Source: Rickettsiaceae bacterium
GTDB taxonomy: Bacteria; Pseudomonadota; Alphaproteobacteria; Rickettsiales; Rickettsiaceae
NCBI GenBank assembly: GCA_028372485.1
Contig: JAOMYS010000001.1
Location: 1 to 35,164 of the forward strand
Direction: 5' to 3'
DNA: 35,164 nucleotides
Below, piece by piece: positions 18,654-25,358 of the stretch. Below the pieces are notes generated by a model. It had not been told where the DNA came from. It ran no database searches and saw nothing but the letters and a program-made list of their open reading frames with translations. The position numbers were made by a program, and so were the translations under genes. Within the stretch, counting starts at the first letter, position 1. Each line of letters begins with the position of its first letter.

Positions 18654-20155
18654 TGTTCGATCTCGCTAAATTCTCTTTTTAAACGTGATAGCTCGCTTTG
18701 AGCGTTTGACTGAATTTGCCATAATCTCATAAGCTCTGGATACCAAGGCTGGTGTTTATGTCTTGAAATCTCATAGCGAGAATTACTATGTCTGTCTAAA
18801 AAGGCATAATAAGGTCTTACCGCTTGCTCATATTTACTTTCAGCAAGGGCTATTTCTTGTTTTTTACGATTAATCCGCTGTAACTTTTCTTGCCTTTCAG
18901 CCTCTATTTTAGCCAAACGTTCAGCCTCGGCTTTTCGTTGTTTTTCTGCTGCTATTTTGGCTACTTGTTCCTTACTCTCCCGCTCTAACCGCTCTTGCTC
19001 AATACGTCTTTCCTCTTCTGCTTCCCAAGAATCATCTTTAATGTTTTTATTTAGCCCAGCAAATCTGTTATCAGGATTATTCTCATCGCCGTCATATTCC
19101 TTAATGTTCATATGAGCTTTGATGGTTGCTGCTATTTCTTCTGGGTTAGGTGTTTTGTATGTGCCTGTGAATTTGACCATCAGCTCATTAACAAAGTCAC
19201 TGAAATCCATCTTGCTAAAATCAAGACCATTTCCAACCTTATTGCCATGTTTGTCGTAGCCTGTAATTTCTTCTATAGTTAGCCCTCTGCAATTAGGTCT
19301 CTTTCCATTGCCAAAATCAATACCTAGCTGTTTTCTCCCCTCTACTTGCACTACTTTTTCTAGCATATTACCGAAGCAACAGAATTTATGTTTAACTACT
19401 ACCCCGAACTTCCCTTTATTTTCTTTGCCAACATATACGCATAGATTCTTTTCTCGAAGCTTCATTAGACTGACTTCATCCTTGGTACATTTTGCGCCGA
19501 GTTGTTTTCCCCAGCCTTTTGCAGTTTCAGGGCAGCAATTACTATAGCCTGCTGCTTTTTTAGAGCAGTGGCTTTGGAATCCTGCAAATAAGCTAAAATT
19601 ATGATCCTTATCAGGTTTCATGTGACTACTAGAATGAAGCTTAGATACTGCGTCCATCATCTCCCCATTTGTAAGATATGATTTATCAACGCAGTTACCA
19701 TCTATGCAAGGCACTCCTTTGCATACGACTTTTTCCTCGCCTTCTTTCTCGACTAGATCAACTCTCGCTTCTTTGTTTTCCTTTTGTGTGGTGATCCAAG
19801 ATTTACAGGAAAACTCACGTTTTAGATTAACGCAATAACCCATAGAGTCTTTAAGCAGGCATTCCTTATTGGCGACAGCGTAACAATGAGCATATAGCCT
19901 ACAATCATTCTTACTCGGGTAATTGCACGTTTTTACGTATGAGTATTCCCAGCATGGCTTATACACATCAAATCCATCTACTTTCCTTGTGGCTGCACCA
20001 CTTGTGCATACCCTACCCTGATCATGACATGGATATTTTGAAGCAAAGCGATTACCAGCAAAAGAGTTGCTGGTGATTAGGATGTAGCACAAGAATACGA
20101 GAAGGAATCTTATATTTTTCAGCGTGGGGATATGTTTGACTATGTGATTCATCAT
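18650..20155 (-). CDS. traN: TraN C-terminal half, with its own signal peptide and a coiled-coil extension
   Basis: Cys-rich; KPCWEY, FAGFQSHCSKK...NCC, CVYVG, FCCFGNMLEKVVQVEGRKQLG..FG....PNCRGLT, LDFSKMDFSDF. The ATG at 20155 overlaps the upstream stop (ATGA). Confidence 0.88.
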   Translation of the reverse strand: MMNHIVKHIPTLKNIRFLLVFLCYILITSNSFAGNRFASKYPCHDQGRVCTSGAATRKVDGFDVYKPCWEYSYVKTCNYPSKNDCRLYAHCYAVANKECLLKDSMGYCVNLKREFSCKSWITTQKENKEARVDLVEKEGEEKVVCKGVPCIDGNCVDKSYLTNGEMMDAVSKLHSSSHMKPDKDHNFSLFAGFQSHCSKKAAGYSNCCPETAKGWGKQLGAKCTKDEVSLMKLREKNLCVYVGKENKGKFGVVVKHKFCCFGNMLEKVVQVEGRKQLGIDFGNGKRPNCRGLTIEEITGYDKHGNKVGNGLDFSKMDFSDFVNELMVKFTGTYKTPNPEEIAATIKAHMNIKEYDGDENNPDNRFAGLNKNIKDDSWEAEEERRIEQERLERESKEQVAKIAAEKQRKAEAERLAKIEAERQEKLQRINRKKQEIALAESKYEQAVRPYYAFLDRHSNSRYEISRHKHQPWYPELMRLWQIQSNAQSELSRLKREFSEIEQ

Positions 20156-21228
20156 TTGATACCACACCTCTCAGTCCAGTCTTCACTCCACTGCTCGCAT
20201 ACCTGGTATGGCTCTCTATAGGTATAACCAAATTCATATTCATCCCATGCAACACGCCATCTACATCCTACTGGGTTGATATTACCTATTCCTCTACCTG
20301 GAAAATCTACATGCTCGCCTATTTGCTCAAGAGGTAGTCCGAGATGTGCTGCTATGTGCGCTCTTGCATCTGCAATTATTGCAGCAGGATTATGACGCCA
20401 TGGTGAGTCTATCTGATATTCTCCCCATCCTTGTGGATGATGAGAGGTTATGTGCCAGCCCCAGCGTTTCTTTTTCCACTTAACCGCCCAGCCCCAGTTC
20501 ATCTTATTATGATGCAACCAGTGACCATTAAATCTTATTGTTCTTGGAACTGGATCTTTGTATCTTGTTCCAGTCCGTATGCATTTTGCAGTTAGAGTAT
20601 CTCTGCAATTGTAACTATTTCGTAGTTCCTCGCAGAATGTTTGATTATAGATTGTATCTCTATGATTAGATGTTCTGGTTTGTAGGAAATATTCAGGCTC
20701 TACTTTTTTATCTCCTTTGACGGTTTTGCAATCAACGCCTAAATCTTTTAACTGAGCTAAAATACTATCGAGCAATTTATCTTGCGCCTCTGCTATGGTT
20801 TTTGCATCTTTTAAATGTTGCTTTTCGCCTGGTCTTTTAGGATCTCTATAGATTTTGTTTAAAGTATCATCTTTGATTAGCTCCTCCCTGCCCTTTGAGG
20901 CTAAATCATTTTCATTGATGGACTCTAACTTGCTACTTTCACCCTCAAGTTCGCTTTTGCTTTTCTTGGTAATATATTTGAGTCCTTGTGGGTTTCCTCC
21001 CTCTCCTCCCATGGAGTCAATACCACCTTGCTTGCCATGCTCTAATTTATTGGTAAAATCTGCAAAATTATTAATTGAGCTATCAAACAAATCTGTTTGC
21101 TCGTTCTTTTGAGTTGGGATTTCTACCTCAAGATGATCCGCCTTAGCTATTGATGTAAATAGGTAGAATCCCATACATAGCCAGAATATAAGAAGCGGGA
21201 TAATAATAAGGAGAAAGAGTTTATTCAT
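20152..21228 (-). CDS. traN: probable TraN N-terminal half
   Basis: Directly follows trbC; N-terminal hydrophobic segment; Cys spacing DCKTV...FCEE....YNC..TL...C...VCEQWSEDWTERC as in the first half of TraN. Confidence 0.65.
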   Translation of the reverse strand: MNKLFLLIIIPLLIFWLCMGFYLFTSIAKADHLEVEIPTQKNEQTDLFDSSINNFADFTNKLEHGKQGGIDSMGGEGGNPQGLKYITKKSKSELEGESSKLESINENDLASKGREELIKDDTLNKIYRDPKRPGEKQHLKDAKTIAEAQDKLLDSILAQLKDLGVDCKTVKGDKKVEPEYFLQTRTSNHRDTIYNQTFCEELRNSYNCRDTLTAKCIRTGTRYKDPVPRTIRFNGHWLHHNKMNWGWAVKWKKKRWGWHITSHHPQGWGEYQIDSPWRHNPAAIIADARAHIAAHLGLPLEQIGEHVDFPGRGIGNINPVGCRWRVAWDEYEFGYTYREPYQVCEQWSEDWTERCGIK

Positions 21229-21917
21229 TGATCCTCTCCTTCTGCCTCAATTAACTTATTTTGGGCAATTTCAGCTAACTCTCCATGGTCTTTAAAAAGC
21301 TCAAGTGCTTTTTTTATTCCGATAGAGCCTGTTACTTTGTCGAATGTGACCTTTGGATTCTCAGTAAACACATCTTCTTCCTTTGCTAGAACAAAGCTTG
21401 GAACATTTGTGATGCCAAACTGCTTAAATGATTCATCGTCTATTTGCATCGCAATAGCGTTATTATCATTTCCTGATATCTCAGATACCAAATCTGATAA
21501 TTTGCGCCATGAGCCATCAGGTAATCCTTGAAATACTAATATAGCGTTATATTTCTTAGCAGATCGTGCATATGATTTAAGGAGGTTCATACTCATAGAG
21601 CTACTAACATAAATACGAAGAGATGTATTGGACGTTAGATCGTCTGAGTCATCGCTTGGACTTGAATCGATACTATTTCTAGCTTGATTAATATCACGCC
21701 CTAGCATCTCTTGTAATTCATACCATTTCTTTTTAATTGTAGGCATGTTCATCTGCATTGATCTTTTTCTAATATCTTTGGCATATTCCAAATCTTCTAT
21801 TTTAAATTCAAACCTTGCATTGTAATCCGCCTCGTCTTGTTCTTTGCTTGGCGTAGCAATCGCATTACCGCAAAACAGCAGTAAAACTAAAGGAAACAGC
21901 AGTTTTTTTTGCGCCAT
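21225..21917 (-). CDS. trbC: F-type pilus assembly protein TrbC
   Basis: Signal peptide from MAQKK; IYVSSSM..LLK.Y...A..Y.A.LVFQGL, QIDDESFKQFGITNVPSFV, DKVTGSIGIKKALE. Confidence 0.88.
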   Translation of the reverse strand: MAQKKLLFPLVLLLFCGNAIATPSKEQDEADYNARFEFKIEDLEYAKDIRKRSMQMNMPTIKKKWYELQEMLGRDINQARNSIDSSPSDDSDDLTSNTSLRIYVSSSMSMNLLKSYARSAKKYNAILVFQGLPDGSWRKLSDLVSEISGNDNNAIAMQIDDESFKQFGITNVPSFVLAKEEDVFTENPKVTFDKVTGSIGIKKALELFKDHGELAEIAQNKLIEAEGEDQ

Positions 21918-22972
21918 ATCAAGTACCCCCAATCTTGTCCGTCATACGGATATTCTTTAAAATTACTGTAGAGCATGTCAGACATGCCAAGTGGAAAGCA
22001 TCCCATAGATCCTTTAGTGGATTTTGGGTTGACCATTTGCAGCTTGTATTGTTTCTTCTTGATTTTAAATGCTCGGTTTTTTCTGCAGATATCACCATTT
22101 ATTTCATCGCTATCTGTTGCTGTTCTCATGGACATCCCCATGCGATGCATTTTAGCAATTATTCGGTAGGTAAGGAGGCTGCTATTTTGCACTCCGCCAA
22201 TATGGTCAGAGTTTGCTCCGCTAAAGGGATAAATATTACCCCAGCAACCAGCACACCAAAACATTGGCTCAAGTGGCATATTAAATGTACTTGCAGCACA
22301 GTCTAAACCACATGATACTTGTGCTATTGGATTACCAAACAATATAGCCTCTGGATTCATCAGAGATTGAAGTTTTGGATCGTTCCAGCTAATGTCAAAC
22401 TCGCTCATATAAGCAACATCGACAGTTCCACCCTCTAGGCAAACAAAGTCAGTAAGTAGCTCAAGCCAGTAAATAAGTGGGTATACATAATAATGAACAT
22501 GATAGAAGCTTGTGTGGGTGTTTCTTCTATCGCCCCCACGCTCTGCTGTAGATATTTTCTTCTTATCACTACCGAACTCTATGCCTCCGAGATTTACCAT
22601 GCAGTAAGGTGTTCTAGTGACGTCAACAAGACGTGCTGGCTCCCAGAATCCAATCGATACTCCAGGTATTGGTACGTTTGCTTTGTTGCATAGGCATAAA
22701 GGAGATTTTGGATTGGCTCTATCACGCTTTTTAGGTGACATCCCTTTGCCGATAGAGAATCCGCCAATAGAAATAGGCATAATGCAACTCCAGCAGACAT
22801 CTGTTATCGGATTGACAAAATGCCCCTTGCAAGTTACGCTAGCGCTTGCTGATATGGGTATTGTAATTGCTACAAACAGCATGATTATATACCGATGTAA
22901 GTGTTGTAGCTGGCTGGTAGTTCTGATCCTCCAAGATACGAGACTACCTACCAGCGAATGCTGATGTTTCAT
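21887..22972 (-). CDS. traU: F-type conjugal transfer protein TraU
   Basis: CKGHFVNPITDVCWSCIMPISIG, GFWEPARLVDVTRTPYC, FYHVHYY.YP, FWCAGCWG..YP, YLIWRKKNCC. Confidence 0.95.
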   Translation of the reverse strand: MKHQHSLVGSLVSWRIRTTSQLQHLHRYIIMLFVAITIPISASASVTCKGHFVNPITDVCWSCIMPISIGGFSIGKGMSPKKRDRANPKSPLCLCNKANVPIPGVSIGFWEPARLVDVTRTPYCMVNLGGIEFGSDKKKISTAERGGDRRNTHTSFYHVHYYVYPLIYWLELLTDFVCLEGGTVDVAYMSEFDISWNDPKLQSLMNPEAILFGNPIAQVSCGLDCAASTFNMPLEPMFWCAGCWGNIYPFSGANSDHIGGVQNSSLLTYRIIAKMHRMGMSMRTATDSDEINGDICRKNRAFKIKKKQYKLQMVNPKSTKGSMGCFPLGMSDMLYSNFKEYPYDGQDWGYLIWRKKNCCFL

Positions 22973-23436
22973 TTTTTACCTTTAACTATCATATCTTGCA
23001 AAACCTCATAAGCTTTAATATCATGGTTCATTACCATTTTGTGAGCCAGTTCTGGAGTTACCTTGTGTTTTTCTATTATTGCGGTTTCAATAAACAGTGT
23101 ATTTTTGTTTAGAATTGAATTATCAATAATTTCCTTTAATTGAGATTTTAATTTATCTTGTGCGATTTTACGCTTCCTCTCGTCCTCTGCCATAGCGGAC
23201 TGCTCTTGTTCAATTCTGTTTTTTAATTCTGCATGCACCATCCCCAGAGTTATCATGTTATTTGGGTCTTGTTGTAATATCCTTATTACCTTATCTATAC
23301 GCTCTTTAGTATTAGGACTTGCTGGATCAGCCAAATTGGCAAAAGAAGATACAGATGTAAATATCCCTATCAGAAATATGCAAATAGCAATCTTGCTTAC
23401 AAATGTTTTGGCTTGTGATGCGTGTTTAGTGTTCAT
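22969..23436 (-). CDS. hypothetical secreted/periplasmic helical protein
   Basis: Signal peptide ending VSSFA, coiled-coil middle; ATGA overlap with traU. Confidence 0.75.
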   Translation of the reverse strand: MNTKHASQAKTFVSKIAICIFLIGIFTSVSSFANLADPASPNTKERIDKVIRILQQDPNNMITLGMVHAELKNRIEQEQSAMAEDERKRKIAQDKLKSQLKEIIDNSILNKNTLFIETAIIEKHKVTPELAHKMVMNHDIKAYEVLQDMIVKGKK

Positions 23437-23437
23437 G

Positions 23438-23869
23438 TTAAACTACCTCTTTTTTAAATTTGTTATGTAGCATAATACTGATTGCAACAATTAAGTATTT
23501 TATCGCTACATACACAGACTCCGTGTCAAAATCTTCCTGATAGTAAACACTCAACATGTAAAACAGCATTATTGAAAACGCAATTAATGTGACAATGATT
23601 TTCATTTCTTTGTATGTAGGAAGCTCATAATATTTAGGTATATCTTTAAAACATATAGTGGCTAGTAAACTTACAAAATGTAAAGCAGTCGCTAGTTTGC
23701 CAGCAAAAATCAATCCAAGAGCTAAACTAAGGATAACGCATTTTACAATAGGTTCGTTTGTGCAAAAATCTGAACTTAAATTTAAAGCAAAAGTAGTACA
23801 AAAACAGCCAAGGAGCAGTAATGTATAAAAACTATAACGCTCACATATAATTTTAATTAAATTCATCAT
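23438..23869 (-). CDS. hypothetical multi-pass membrane protein
   Basis: Four or five hydrophobic segments; ATGA overlap with the traW stop. Confidence 0.75.
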   Translation of the reverse strand: MMNLIKIICERYSFYTLLLLGCFCTTFALNLSSDFCTNEPIVKCVILSLALGLIFAGKLATALHFVSLLATICFKDIPKYYELPTYKEMKIIVTLIAFSIMLFYMLSVYYQEDFDTESVYVAIKYLIVAISIMLHNKFKKEVV

Positions 23870-24717
23870 CTTGGTACCTCAATCTCTTCTATTTTGAGAG
23901 CCAACCCCTCTTGCACAACAACAGCAGGACTTGCTTTAATGCCAAACTTTGTAGTTAACTCTCCGCTTTGATCAAAGTACACCTTATCAGCGTGGATCTC
24001 TCCTAGCTCTTCTTTTAACTTGAATACGCTACCCCCAATAAGGATCACTCTATCTTCTATTATTTGATTCTTTACTTTAGGACTTGGGGTCTTTAGTCTC
24101 TCTTTTAGCCATTCTATTTGATCTTTGTTTCTGCCATCTACAAAAAATATTCTTCTGTTTAAGTCCATATGCTCTAGAGGATTAACTGTAGTTCCCGCTT
24201 TATGTAGTATTTTTCCGCAAGGTAGTGCAGCATCTTTATCAAGAGTATAACTTGGGTCAAAATAGAACGTTCTGTCTTTCGTTGCTGTCTGGATGCCTTT
24301 TACGGGAGTGGGATTCTCAACTTTGTGTTTGGCTCTTTTTTGTATTTTGTCTTTTTCACTTTCAATATCCACTTTCTCCATACGATTTTTCATCATCTGG
24401 ATAAATGGCTCTTCTGTTATTTTAAAACTCGCTCCATGAGTTCCAAAATCTATTGCACTTGCATTTGTAGGTAGTATTATTTGCAATAATATAATCAAGA
24501 CTATAAATATTATGAAAGCCCTGAATACTATCGTTGTTGTTTTTGTTATTGCATTACTTTCTATATCATTTGAGGCAATGGCTGCCTCTAAATTTGATCT
24601 TGATGCTGGAGCTAATACACCTTGGTACTCTTTAGTTGCGCCTATTATTTCCTGTATCCTTGCTCTCTTATCTGTGCGTCTTATCAAAGAATCTCCTGAA
24701 TATAAATTTTTTATCAT
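23866..24717 (-). CDS. traW: F-type pilus assembly protein TraW (with an N-terminal extension of about 60 aa)
   Basis: IDFGTHGASFKITE, RTFYFDPSY, GTTVNPLE, FVDG....QIEWL, YFDQSGELTTKFGIKASPAVV. Confidence 0.92.
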   Translation of the reverse strand: MIKNLYSGDSLIRRTDKRARIQEIIGATKEYQGVLAPASRSNLEAAIASNDIESNAITKTTTIVFRAFIIFIVLIILLQIILPTNASAIDFGTHGASFKITEEPFIQMMKNRMEKVDIESEKDKIQKRAKHKVENPTPVKGIQTATKDRTFYFDPSYTLDKDAALPCGKILHKAGTTVNPLEHMDLNRRIFFVDGRNKDQIEWLKERLKTPSPKVKNQIIEDRVILIGGSVFKLKEELGEIHADKVYFDQSGELTTKFGIKASPAVVVQEGLALKIEEIEVPR

Positions 24718-24763
24718 ACTACTTTTTTGTCTTTCATTGATTGTGGTATGGCTTTTGGTCTAG
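24512..24763 (+). CDS. antisense pilin-like small membrane protein
   Basis: Signal peptide ending EAMA, then ASKFDLDAG (pilin candidate: ASKFDIDAG), and two hydrophobic segments; no clear SD. Confidence 0.5.
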   Translation: MKALNTIVVVFVIALLSISFEAMAASKFDLDAGANTPWYSLVAPIISCILALLSVRLIKESPEYKFFIILLFCLSLIVVWLLV

Positions 24764-25358
24764 TGGTAACTGCTATAATTAGAGATAGTATCAACATCTC
24801 GATTAGAGAATTAGGATATATCACTTCAAACCAGTGATTAATAATTAGACAAAATGTTGCTACTGCGATCAATGAAACAGCAGCTACTGTTTTTTCTCTA
24901 TCCATTGCTACAATTTGTATAGGAGATTTTTGCTGTGGTATAAAATACAAAACTAGCATACCAAATATATGTATAGACATCCCTGCTTTTAGCGCAGATA
25001 TGAATAGCAAATAAAAAACCTGAGCAAAACCAACCATTTTATTGACTTCTCCTGATGCCCTAACATATTCCTGCATCAGGATGTCATTCGTGAATAAGAT
25101 TGTTAAAATCACGCTGAGTAAAGATGCTTTCATTGAATAACTCATACGCACTCTTATTTTCGTATCCTGATCTTGTTTTTTGGAAAGCCCAAAACCGCTT
25201 AACCATCTAGCAAAACAAACCATCAAGAGCATCATACAAAATATGATAATGCACTCATTACCACTTGGCGTAGGCTCTCCTGTAAACCATATAAACCATG
25301 TGCCAAGCAAACTTAGTATTATTGTTTCTTCAAATCTTTTGATTTTTAAATTAGTCAT
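24714..25358 (-). CDS. hypothetical multi-pass membrane protein
   Basis: About six hydrophobic segments; ATGA overlaps with both traC and traW. Confidence 0.78.
   Translation of the reverse strand: MTNLKIKRFEETIILSLLGTWFIWFTGEPTPSGNECIIIFCMMLLMVCFARWLSGFGLSKKQDQDTKIRVRMSYSMKASLLSVILTILFTNDILMQEYVRASGEVNKMVGFAQVFYLLFISALKAGMSIHIFGMLVLYFIPQQKSPIQIVAMDREKTVAAVSLIAVATFCLIINHWFEVIYPNSLIEMLILSLIIAVTTRPKAIPQSMKDKKVV

Noticed and set aside
20152-20167. traN split as a frameshift pseudogene or sequencing error
   Set aside because: The ATGA coupling and a second signal peptide point to two real genes.
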